The notes under the pieces are model-generated. The model did not search any database, was not told the DNA's origin, and was given only the letters and a program-made list of their open reading frames with translations. A stretch of 64,000 nt of DNA, taken from the NCBI GenBank assembly GCA_964016885.1, contig OZ024740.1, positions 318,246,001 through 318,310,000 on the forward strand, read 5' to 3'. A program made the position numbers and the translations under genes. Source of the stretch: Eledone cirrhosa (Eukaryota). Shown here piece after piece: positions 14,101 to 28,200 of the stretch; positions within the stretch are counted from its first letter, which is position 1, and every line of letters starts with the position of its first letter.

Positions 14101-17100
14101 TCTACTACAATACTCACATCAAATAATCCAGGATTGTCTCGTCTATTTCCACAACATACATTCTATCTGACATTCTAACGACTCTACCAATTAGCTGTCT
14201 TTCTACTACAATACTCAACAAATAATCCAGGACTGTCTCGTCTATTTCCACAACTTACGTTCTATCTGACATTCTAAAGACTCTAACAATTCGAAGTGTT
14301 TCTACTACAATACTAACAACAAATAATCCAGGATTGTCTCGTCTATTTCCACAACTTACATTCTATCTGATATTCTAACGACTCTACCAATTCGAAGTCT
14401 TTCTACTACAATACTATCAACAAATAATCCAGGATTGTCTCTTCTATTTCCACAACTTACATTCTATCTAACATTCTAACAACTCCACCAATTCGAAATC
14501 TTTCTACTACAATACTCACAACAAATAATCCAGGATTGTCTCGTCTATTTCCACAACTTACATTCAATCTGATATTCTAACGACTCTACGAATTCGAAGT
14601 CTTTCTACTACAATACTCACAACAAACAATCCAGGATTGTCTCGTCTATTTCCACAACTTACATTCTATCTGATATTCTAACGACTCTACCAATTCGAAG
14701 TCTTTCTACTACAATACTAACAACAAATAATCCAGGATTGTCTCTTCTATTTCCACAACTTACATTCTATCTAACATTCTAACAACTCCACCAATTCGAA
14801 ATCTTTCTACTACAATACTCACAACAAATCATCCAGGATTGTCTCGTCTATTTCCACAACTTACATTCTAACTGATATTCTAACGACTCTACCAATTCGA
14901 AGTCTTTCTACTACAATACTAACAACAAATAATCCAGGATTGTCTCTTCTATTTCCACAACTTACATTCTATCTGATATTCTAACGACTCTACCAATTCG
15001 AATCTTTCTACTACAATACTCACAACAAATAATACAGGATTGGCTCGTCTATTTCCACAACTTACATTCTATCTGACATTCTAACGACTCTACCAATTCG
15101 CTGTATTTCTACTACAATACTCACAACAAATAATCCAGCACTGTTTCGTCTATTTCCACAACTCACATTCTATCTGACATTCTAACGACTCTACCAATTC
15201 GAAGTTTTTCTACTACAATACTCACAACAAATAATCCAGGAATATCTCGTCTATTTCCACAACTTACATTCTATCTGACATTGAAACGACTCTACCAATT
15301 CGAAGTCTTTCTACTACAATACTAATAAAAATAATCTAGGATTGTCTCGTCTATTTCCACAACTTACATTCTATCTGACATTCTAACGACTCTACCAATT
15401 CGCTGTCTTTCTACTACAATACTCACAACAAATAATCCAGGATTGTCTCGTCTATTTCCAAAACTTACATTCTATCTGACATTCTAACGACTCTACCAAT
15501 TCTAAGTTTTTCTACTACAATACTAACAACAAATAATCCAGGATTGTCTCGTCTATTTCGACAACTTACATTCTATCTGACATTCTAACGACTCTACCAA
15601 TTCGCTGTATTTCTACTACAATACTCACAACAAATAATCCAGGATTGTCTCGTCTATTTCCATAACATACATTCTATCTGACATTCTAACGACTCTACCA
15701 ATTCGCTGTCTTTCTACTACAATACTCAACAAATAATCCAGGACTGTCTCGTCTATTTCCACAACTTACGTTCTATCTGACATTCTAAAGACTCTAACAA
15801 TTCGAAGTCTTTCTACTACAATACTCAGAACAAATAATCCAGGTTTGTCTCGTCTATTTCCACAACTTACATTCTATCTAACATTCTAACGACTCTACCA
15901 ATTCGAAGCCTTTTTACTACATTACTCACAACAAATAATTCAGGATTGCCCCGTCTATTTCCACAACTTCCATTCTACCTGACATTCTAACGACTCTACC
16001 AATTCGCTGTCTTTCTACTACAATACTCACAACAAATAATCCAGGATTCTCTCGTCTATTTCCACAACTTACATTCTATCTGATATTCTAACGACTCTAC
16101 CAATTCGAAGTCTTTCTACTACAATACTAACAACAAATAATCCAGGATTGTCTCTTATATTTCCACAACTTACATTCGATCTAACATTCTAAAAACTCCA
16201 CTAATTCTAAATCTTTCTACTACAATACTCACAACAAATCATCCAGAATTGTCTCGTCTATTTCCACAACTTACATTCTATCTGATATTCTAACGACTCT
16301 ACCAATTCGAAGTCTTTCTACTACAATACTCACAACAAATAATCCAGGATTGTCTCGTCTATTTCCACAACTTGCATTCTATCTGACATTCTAACGACTC
16401 TACCAATTCGAAGTCTTTCTACTACAATACTCACAACAAATAATCCAGGATTGTCTCGTCTATTTCCACAAATTACATTCTATCTGACATTCTAACGACT
16501 CTACCAATTCGCTGTCTTTCTACTACAATACTCACAACAAATAATCCAGGATTGTCTCGTCTATTTCCACAACTTACATTCTATCTGATATTCTAACGAC
16601 TCTACCAATTCGAAGTCTTTCTACTACAATACTCACAACAAATAATTCAGGATTGTCTCGTCTATTTCCACAACTTACATTCTATCTGATATTCTAACGA
16701 CTCTACCAATTCGAAGTCTTTCTACTACAATACTAACAACAAATAATCCAGGATTGTCTCTTCTATTTCCACAACTTACATTCTATCTGACATTCTAACG
16801 ACTCTACCAATTCGCTGTATTTCTACTACAATACTCACATCAAATAATCCAGGATTGTCTCGTCTATTTCCACAACATACATTCTATCTGACATTCTAAC
16901 GACTCTACCAATTAGCTGTCTTTCTACTACAATACTCAACAAATAATCCAGCACTGTCTCGTCTATTTCCACAACTTACGTTCTATCTGACATTCTAAAG
17001 ACTCTAACAATTCGAAGTGTTTCTACTACAATACTAACAACAAATAATCCAGGATTGTCTCGTCTATTTCCACAACTTACATTCTATCTGATATTCTAAC

Positions 17101-18660
17101 GACTCTACCAATTCGAAGTCTTTCTACTACAATACTATCAACAAATAATCCAGGATTGTCTCTTCTATTTCCACAACTTACATTCTATCTAACATTCTAA
17201 CAACTCCACCAATTCGAAATCTTTCTACTACAATACTCACAACAAATAATCCAGGATTGTCTCGTCTATTTCCACAACTTACATTCAATCTGATATTCTA
17301 ACGACTCTACGAATTCGAAGTCTTTCTACTACAATACTCACAACAAATAATCCAGGATTGTCTCGTCTATTTCCACAACTTTCATTCTATCTGACATTCT
17401 AACGACTCTACCAATTCGAAGTCTTTCTACTACAATACTCACAACAAATAATCCAGGATTGTCTCGTCTATTTCCACAACATACATTCTATCTGACATTT
17501 AACGACTCTACCAATTCGCTGTCTTTCTACTACAATACTCACAACAAATAATCCAGGATTGTCTCGTCTATTTCCACAACATACATTCTATCTGACATTC
17601 TAACGACTCTACCAATTCGCTGTCTTTCTACTACAATACTCAACAAATAATCCAGGACTGTCTCGTCTATTTCCACAACTTACGTTCTATCTGACATTCT
17701 AAAGACTCTAACAATTCGAAGTCTTTCTACTACAATACTCAGAACAAATAATCCAGGTTTGTCTCGTCTATTTCCACAACTTACATTCTATCTAACATTC
17801 TAACGACTCTACCAATTCGAAGCCTTTTTACTACATTACTCACAACAAATAATTCAGGATTGTCTCGTCTATTTCCACAAATTACGTTCTATCTGACATT
17901 CTAACGACTCTACCAATTCGAAGTCTTTCTATTACAATACTCACAACAAATAATCCAGGATTGTCTCGTCTATTTCCACAACTTACATTCTATCTGATAT
18001 TCTAACGACTCTACCAATTCGAAGTCTTTCTACTACAATACTAACAACAAATAATCCAGGATTGTCTCTTCTATTTCCACAACTTACATTCTATCTGATA
18101 TTCTAAGCACTCTACCAATTCGAAGTCTTTCTACTACAATACTCACAACAAATAATCCAGGATTGTCTCGTCTAGTTCCACAACTTGCATTCTATCTGAC
18201 ATTCTAACGACTCTACCAATTCGAAGTCTTTCTACTACAATACTCACAACAAATAATCCAGGATTGTCTCGTCTATTTCCACAACATACGTTCTATCTGA
18301 CATTCTAACGACCCTACCAATTCGCTGTCTTTCTACTACAATACTCACAACAAATAATCCAGGATTGTCTCGTCTATTTCCACAACATACATTCTATCTG
18401 ACATTCTAACGACTCTACCAATTCGCTGTCTTTCTACTACAATACTCAACAAATAATCCAGGACTGTCTCGTCTATTTCCACAACTTACATTCTATCTGA
18501 TATTCTAACGACTCTACCAATTCGAAGTCTTTCTACTACAATACTCACAACAAATAATACAGGATTGTCTCGTCTATTTCCACAACTTACATTCTATCTA
18601 ACATTCTAACGACTCTACCAATTCGAAGCCTTTTTGCTACATTACTCACAACAAATAATT

Positions 18661-21600
18661 CAGGATTGTCTCGTCTATTTCCACAACATACATTCTATCT
18701 GACATTCTAACGACTCTACCAATTCGCTGTCTTTCTACTACAATACTCAACAAATAATCCAGGACTGTCTCGTCTATTTCCACAACTTACGTTCTATCTG
18801 ACATTCTAAAGACTCTAACAATTCGAAGTCTTTCTACTACAATACTCAGAAAAAATAATCCAGGTTTGTCTCGTCTATTTCCACAACTTACATTCTATCT
18901 AACATTCTAAAGACTCTACCAATTCGAAGCCTTTTTACTACATTACTCACAACAAATAATTCAGGATTGCCCCGTCTATTTCCACAACTTACATTCTACC
19001 TGACATTCTAACGACTCTACCAATTCGCTGTATTTCTACTACAATACTCACAACAAATAATCCAGGATTGTCTCGTCTATTTCCATAACATACATTCTAT
19101 CTGACATTCTAACGACTCTACCAATTCGCTGTCTTTCTACTACAATACTCAACAAATAATCCAGGACTGTCTCGTCTATTTCCACAACTTACGTTCTATC
19201 TGACATTCTAAAGACTCTAACAATTCGAAGTCTTTCTACTACAATACTCAGAAAAAATAATCCAGGTTTGTCTCGTCTATTTCCACAACTTACATTCTAT
19301 CTAACATTCTAACGACTCTACCAATTCGAAGCCTTTTTACTACATTACTCACAACAAATAATTCAGGATTGCCCCGTCTATTTCCACAACTTCCATTCTA
19401 CCTGACATTCTAACGACTCTACCAATTCGCTGTCTTTCTACTACAATACTCACAACAAATAATCCAGGATTCTCTCGTCTATTTCCACAACTTACATTCT
19501 ATCTGATATTCTAACGACTCTACCAATTCGAAGTCTTTCTACTACAATACTAACAACAAATAATCCAGGATTGTCTCTTATATTTCCACAACTTACATTC
19601 TATCTAACATTCTAACAACTCCACCAATTCTAAATCTTTCTACTACAATACTCACAACAAATCATCCAGAATTGTCTCGTCTATTTCCACAACTTACATT
19701 CTATCTGATATTCTAACGACTCTACCAATTCGAAGTCTTTCTACTACAATACTCACAACAAATAATCCAGGATTGTCTCGTCTATTTCCACAACTTGCAT
19801 TCTATCTGACATTCTAACGACTCTACCAATTCGAAGTCTTTCTACTACAATACTCACAACAAATAATCCAGGATTGTCTCGTCTATTTCCACAAATTACA
19901 TTCTATCTGACATTCTAACGACTCTACCAATTCGCTGTCTTTCTACTACAATACTCACAACAAATAATCCAGGATTGTCTCGTCTATTTCTACAACTTAC
20001 ATTCTATCTGATATTCTAACGACTCTACCAATTCGAAGTCTTTCTACTACAATACTCACAACAAATAATTCAGGATTGTCTCGTCTATTTCCACAACTTA
20101 CATTCTATCTGATATTGTAACGACTCTACCAATTCGAAGTCTTTCTACTACAATACTAACAACAAATAATCCAGGATTGTCTCTTCTATTTCCACAACTT
20201 ACATTCTATCTGACATTCTAACGACTCTACCAATTCGCTGTATTTCTACTACAATACTCACATCAAATAATCCAGGATTGTCTCATCTATTTCCACAACT
20301 TACGTTCTATCTGACATTCTAAAGACTCTAACAATTCGAAGTGTTTCTACTACAATACTAACAACAAATAATCCAGGATTGTCTCGTCTATTTCCACAAC
20401 TTACATTCTATCTGATATTCTAACGACTCTACCAATTCGAAGTCTTTCTACTACAATACTATCAACAAATAATCCAGGATTGTCTCTTCTATTTCCACAA
20501 CTTACATTCTATCTAACATTCTAACAACTCCACCAATTCGAAATCTTTCTACTACAATACTCACAACAAATAATCCAGGATTGTCTCGTCTATTTCCACA
20601 ACTTACATTCAATCTGATATTCTAACGACTCTACGAATTCGAAGTCTTTCTACTACAATACTCACAACAAATAATCCAGGATTGTCTCGTCTATTTCCAC
20701 AACTTTCATTCTATCTGACATTCTAACGACTCTACCAATTCGAAGTCTTTCTACTACAATACTCACAACAAATAATCCAGGATTGTCTCGTCTATTTCCA
20801 CAACATACATTCTATCTGACATTCTAACGACTCTACCAATTCGCTGTCTTTCTACTACAATACTCAACAAATAATCCGGGACTGTCTCGTCTATTTCCAC
20901 AACTTACGTTCTATCTGACATTCTAAAGACTCTAACAATTCGAAGTCTTTCTACTACAATACTCAGAACAAATAATCCAGGTTTGTCTCGTCTATTTCCA
21001 CAACATACATTCTATCTAACATTCTAACGACTCTACCAATTCGAAGCCTTTTTACTACATTACTCACAACAAATAATTCAGGATTGTCTCGTCTATTTCC
21101 ACAAATTACGTTCTATCTGACATTCTAACGACTCTACCAATTCGCTGTCTTTCTACTACAATACTCACAACAAATAATCCAGGATTGTCTCGTCTATTTC
21201 CACAACTTACATTCTATCTGATATTCAAACGACTCTACCAATTCGAAGTCTTTCTATTACAATACTCACAACAAATAATCCAGGATTGTCTCGTCTATTT
21301 CCACAACTTACATTCTATCTAACATTCTAACGACTCTACCAATTCGAAGTCTTTCTACTACAATACTCAACAAATAATCCAGGACTGTCTCGTCTATTTC
21401 CACAACTTACATTCTATCTGATATTCTAACGACTCTACCAATTCGAAGTCTTTCTACTACAATACTAACAACAAATAATCCAGGATTGTCTCTTCTATTT
21501 CCACAACTTACATTCTATCTGATATTCTAACGACTCTACCAATTCGAAGTCTTTCTACTACAATACTAACTTTAAATAATCCAGGATTGTCTCGTCTATT

Positions 21601-24600
21601 TCTACAACTTACATTCTATCTAACATTCTAACGACTCTACCAATTCGAAGCCTTTTTACTACATTACTCACAACAAATAATTCAGGATTGTCTCGTCTAT
21701 TTCCACAACTTACATTCTATCTAACATTCTAACGACTCTACCAATTCGCTGTATTTCTACTACAATACTCACATCAAATAATCCAGGATTGTCTCGTCTA
21801 TTTCCACAACATACATTCTATCTGACATTCTAACGACTCTACCAATTCGCTGTCTTTCTACTACAATACTCAACAAATAATCCAGGACTGTCTCGTCTAT
21901 TTCCACAACTTACGTTCTATCTGACATTCTAAAGACTCTAACAATTCGAAGTCTTTCTACTACAATACTCAGAAAAAATAATCCAGGTTTGTCTCGTCTA
22001 TTTCCACAACTTACATTCTATCTAACATTCTAAAGACTCTACCAATTCGAAGCCTTTTTACTACATTACTCACAACAAATAATTCAGGATTGCCCCGTCT
22101 ATTTCCACAACTTACATTCTACCTGACATTCTAACGACTCTACCAATTCGCTGTATTTCTACTACAATACTCACAACAAATAATCCAGGATTGTCTCGTC
22201 TATTTCCATAACATACATTCTATCTGACATTCTAACGACTCTACCAATTCGCTGTCTTTCTACTACAATACTCAACAAATAATCCAGGACTGTCTCGTCT
22301 ATTTCCACAACTTACGTTCTATCTGACATTCTAAAGACTCTAACAATTCGAAGTCTTTCTACTACAATACTCAGAAAAAATAATCCAGGTTTGTCTCGTC
22401 TATTTCCACAACTTACATTCTATCTAACATTCTAACGACTCTACCAATTCGAAGCCTTTTTACTACATTACTCACAACAAATAATTCAGGATTGCCCCGT
22501 CTATTTCCACAACTTCCATTCTACCTGACATTCTAACGACTCTACCAATTCGCTGTCTTTCTACTACAATACTCACAACAAATAATCCAGGATTCTCTCG
22601 TCTATTTCCACAACTTACATTCTATCTGATATTCTAACGACTCTACCAATTCGAAGTCTTTCTACTACAATACTAACAACAAATAATCCAGGATTGTCTC
22701 TTATATTTCCACAACTTACATTCTATCTAACATTCTAACAACTCCACCAATTCTAAATCTTTCTACTACAATACTCACAACAAATCATCCAGAATTGTCT
22801 CGTCTATTTCCACAACTTACATTCTATCTGATATTCTAACGACTCTACCAATTCGAAGTCTTTCTACTACAATACTCACAACAAATAATCCAGGATTGTC
22901 TCGTCTATTTCCACAACTTGCATTCTATCTGACATTCTAACGACTCTACCAATTCGAAGTCTTTCTACTACAATACTCACAACAAATAATCCAGGATTGT
23001 CTCGTCTATTTCCACAAATTACATTCTATCTGACATTCTAACGACTCTACCAATTCGCTGTCTTTCTACTACAATACTCACAACAAATAATCCAGGATTG
23101 TCTCGTCTATTTCTACAACTTACATTCTATCTGATATTCTAACGACTCTACCAATTCGAAGTCTTTCTACTACAATACTCACAACAAATAATTCAGGATT
23201 GTCTCGTCTATTTCCACAACTTACATTCTATCTGATATTGTAACGACTCTACCAATTCGAAGTCTTTCTACTACAATACTAACAACAAATAATCCAGGAT
23301 TGTCTCTTCTATTTCCACAACTTACATTCTATCTGACATTCTAACGACTCTACCAATTCGCTGTATTTCTACTACAATACTCACATCAAATAATCCAGGA
23401 TTGTCTCGTCTATTTCCACAACTTACGTTCTATCTGACATTCTAAAGACTCTAACAATTCGAAGTGTTTCTACTACAATACTAACAACAAATAATCCAGG
23501 ATTGTCTCGTCTATTTCCACAACTTACATTCTATCTGATATTCTAACGACTCTACCAATTCGAAGTCTTTCTACTACAATACTATCAACAAATAATCCAG
23601 GATTGTCTCTTCTATTTCCACAACTTACATTCTATCTAACATTCTAACAACTCCACCAATTCGAAATCTTTCTACTACAATACTCACAACAAATAATCCA
23701 GGATTGTCTCGTCTATTTCCACAACTTACATTCAATCTGATATTCTAACGACTCTACGAATTCGAAGTCTTTCTACTACAATACTCACAACAAATAATCC
23801 AGGATTGTCTCGTCTATTTCCACAACTTTCATTCTATCTGACATTCTAACGACTCTACCAATTCGAAGTCTTTCTACTACAATACTCACAACAAATAATC
23901 CAGGATTGTCTCGTCTATTTCCACAACATACATTCTATCTGACATTCTAACGACTCTACCAATTCGCTGTCTTTCTACTACAATACTCAACAAATAATCC
24001 GGGACTGTCTCGTCTATTTCCACAACTTACGTTCTATCTGACATTCTAAAGACTCTAACAATTCGAAGTCTTTCTACTACAATACTCAGAACAAATAATC
24101 CAGGTTTGTCTCGTCTATTTCCACAACATACATTCTATCTAACATTCTAACGACTCTACCAATTCGAAGCCTTTTTACTACATTACTCACAACAAATAAT
24201 TCAGGATTGTCTCGTCTATTTCCACAAATTACGTTCTATCTGACATTCTAACGACTCTACCAATTCGCTGTCTTTCTACTACAATACTCACAACAAATAA
24301 TCCAGGATTGTCTCGTCTATTTCCACAACTTACATTCTATCTGATATTCAAACGACTCTACCAATTCGAAGTCTTTCTATTACAATACTCACAACAAATA
24401 ATCCAGGATTGTCTCGTCTATTTCCACAACTTACATTCTATCTAACATTCTAACGACTCTACCAATTCGAAGTCTTTCTACTACAATACTCAACAAATAA
24501 TCCAGGACTGTCTCGTCTATTTCCACAACTTACATTCTATCTGATATTCTAACGACTCTACCAATTCGAAGTCTTTCTACTACAATACTAACAACAAATA

Positions 24601-25270
24601 ATCCAGGATTGTCTCTTCTATTTCCACAACTTACATTCTATCTGATATTCTAACGACTCAACCAATTCGAAGTCTTTCTACTACAATACTAACTTTAAAT
24701 AATCCAGGATTGTCTCGTCTATTTCTACAACTTACATTCTATCTAACATTCTAACGACTCTACCAATTCGAAGCCTTTTTACTACATTACTCACAACAAA
24801 TAATTCAGGATTGTCTCGTCTATTTCCACAACTTACATTCTATCTAACATTCTAACGACTCTACCAATTCGCTGTATTTCTACTACAATACTCACATCAA
24901 ATAATCCAGGATTGTCTCGTCTATTTCCACAACATACATTCTATCTGACATTCTAACGACTCTACCAATTCGCTGTCTTTCTACTACAATACTCAACAAA
25001 TAATCCAGGACTGTCTCGTCTATTTCCACAACTTACGTTCTATCTGACATTCTAAAGACTCTAACAATTCGAAGTCTTTCTACTACAATACTCAGAAAAA
25101 ATAATCCAGGTTTGTCTCGTCTATTTCCACAACTTACATTCTATCTAACATTCTAAAGACTCTACCAATTCGAAGCATTTTTACTAAATTACTCACAACA
25201 AATAATTCAGGATTGCCCCGTCTATTTCCACAACTTACATTCTACCTGACATTCTAACGACTCTACCAAT
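18661..25270 (+). repeat. Tandem duplication of a 31-monomer block (period 3123 bp, ~2.1 copies)
   Basis: Variants at +3123: ATATTGTAA 20117/23240, ACTATC 20458/23581, ATCCGGG 20878/24001, ATATTCAAAC 21221/24344. Confidence 0.92.
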
Positions 25271-28200
25271 TCGAAGTCTTTCTACTACAATACTCACAAC
25301 AAATAATACAGGATTGTCTCTTCTATTTCCACAACTTCCATTCTATCTAACATTCTAACGACTCCACCAATTCGAAACCTTTCTACTACAATACTCACAA
25401 CAAATCATCCAGGATTGTCTCGTCTATTTCCACAAATTACATTCTATCTGATATTCTAACGACTCTACCAATTCGAAGTCTTTCTACTACAATACTAACA
25501 AAAAATAATCCAGGATTGTCTCTTCTATTTCCACAACATACATTCTATCTGATATTCTAACGACTCTACCAATTCGAATCTTTCTACTACAATACTCACA
25601 ACAAATAATACAGGATTGGCTCGTCTATTTCCACAACTTACATTCTATCTGACATTCTAACGACTCTACCAATTCGCTGTCTTTCTACTACAATACTCAC
25701 AACAAATAATCCAGGATTGTCTCGTCTATTTCCACAACTTACATTCTATCTGATATTCTAACGACTCTACCAATTCGAAGTCTTTCTACTACAATACTAA
25801 CAACAAATAATCCAGGATTGTCTCTTCTATTTCCACAACTTACATTCTATCTAACATTCTAACGACTCCACCAATTCGAAATCATTCTACTACAATACTC
25901 ACAACAAATCATCCAGGATTGTCTCGTCTATTTTCACAAATTACATTCTATCTGATATTCTAACGACTCTACCAATTCGAAGTCTTTCTACTACAATACT
26001 AACAAAAAATAATCCAGGATTGTCTCTTCTATTTCCACAACTTACATTCTATCTGATATTCTAACGACTCTACCAATTCGAATCTTTCTACTACAATACT
26101 CACAACAAATAATACAGGATTGGCTCGTCTATTTCCACAACTTACATTCTATCTGACATTCTAACGACTCTACCAATTCGCTGTATTTCTACTACAATAC
26201 TCACAACAAATAATCCAGCACTGTTTCGTCTATTTCCACAACTCACATTCTATCTGACATTCTAACGACTCTACCAATTCGAAGTCTTTCTACTACAATA
26301 CTCACAACAAATAATCCAGGAATATCTCGTCTATTTCCACAACTTACATTCTATCTGACATTGAAATGACTCTATCAATTCGAAGTCTTTCTACTACAAT
26401 ACTAACTTCAAATAATCCAGGATTGTCTCGTCTATTTCCACAACTTACATTCTATCTGACATTCTAACGACTCTACCAATTCGAAGTCTTTCTACTACAA
26501 TACTAATAAAAATAATCTAGGATTGTCTCGTCTATTTCCACAACTTACATTCTATCTGACATTGAAACGACTCTATCAATTCGAAGTTTTTCTACTACAA
26601 TACTAACTTCAAATAATCCAGGATTGTCTCGTCTATTTCCACAACTTACATTCTATCTGACATTCTAACGACTCTACCAATTCGCTGTCTTTCTACTACA
26701 GTACTCACAACAAATAATCCAGGATTGTCTCGTCTATTTCCACAACTTACGTTCTATCTGACATTCTAAAGACTCTAACAATTCGAAGTCTTTCTACTAC
26801 AATACTCAGAACAAATAATCCAGGTTTGTCTCGTCTATTTCCACAACATACATTCTATCTGACATTCTAACGACTCTACCAATTCGCTGTCTTTCTACTA
26901 CAATACTCAACAAATAATCCAGGACTGTCTCGTCTATTTCCACAACTTACATTCTATCTGATATTCTAACGACTCTACCAATTCGAAGTCTTTCTACTAC
27001 AATACTAACAACAAATAATCCAGGATTGTCTCTTCTATTTCCACAACTTACATTCTATCTGATATTCTAACGACTCTACCAATTCGAAGTCTTTCTACTA
27101 CAATACTAACTTTAAATAATCCAGGATTGTCTCGTCTATTTCCACAACTTACATTCTATCTAACATTCTAACGACCCTACCAATTCGAAGCCTTTTTACT
27201 ACATTACTCACAACAAATAATTCAGGATTGTCTCGTCTATTTCCACAACTTACATTCTATCTAACATTCTAACGACTCTACCAATTCGCTGTATTTCTAC
27301 TACAATACTCACATCAAATAATCCAGGATTGTCTCGTCTATTTCCACAACATACATTCTATCTGACATTCTAACGACTCTACCAATTCGCTGTCTTTCTA
27401 CTACAATACTCAACAAATAATCCAGGACTGTCTCGTCTATTTCCACAACTTACGTTCTATCTGACATTCTAAAGACTCTAACAATTCGAAGTCTTTCTAC
27501 TACAATACTCAGAAAAAATAATCCAGGTTTGTCTCGTCTATTTCCACAACTTACATTCTATCTAACATTCTAAAGACTCTACCAATTCGAAGCCTTTTTA
27601 CTACATTACTCACAACAAATGATTCAGGATTGCCCCGTCTATTTCCACAACTTACATTCTACCTGACATTCTAACGACTCTACCAATTCGCTGTCTTTCT
27701 ACTACAATACTCACAACAAATAATCCAGGATTGTCTCGTCTATTTCCACAACTTACATTCTATCTGATATTCTAACGACTCTACCAATTCGAAGTCTTTC
27801 TACTACAATACTAACAACAAATAATCCAGGATTGTCTCTTCTATTTTCACAACTTACATTCTATCTAACATTCTAACGACTCCACCAATTCGAAATCTTT
27901 CTACTACAATACTCACAACAAATCATCGAGGATTGTCTCGTCTATTTCCACAACTTACATTCTATCTGATATACTAACGACTCTACCAATTCGAAGTCTT
28001 TCTACTACAATACTAACAAAAAATAATCCAGGATTGTCACTTCTATTTCCACAACTTACATTCTATCTGATATTCTAACGACTCTACCAATTCGAATCTT
28101 TCTACTACAATACTCACAACAAATAATACAGGATTGGCTCGTCTATTTCCACAACTTACATTCTATCTGACATTCAAACGACTCTACCAATTCGCTGTAT

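Noticed and set aside
17499-17501. Singleton 1-bp deletion (GACATTTAACG)
   Set aside because: Seen once; cannot be distinguished from a consensus error.
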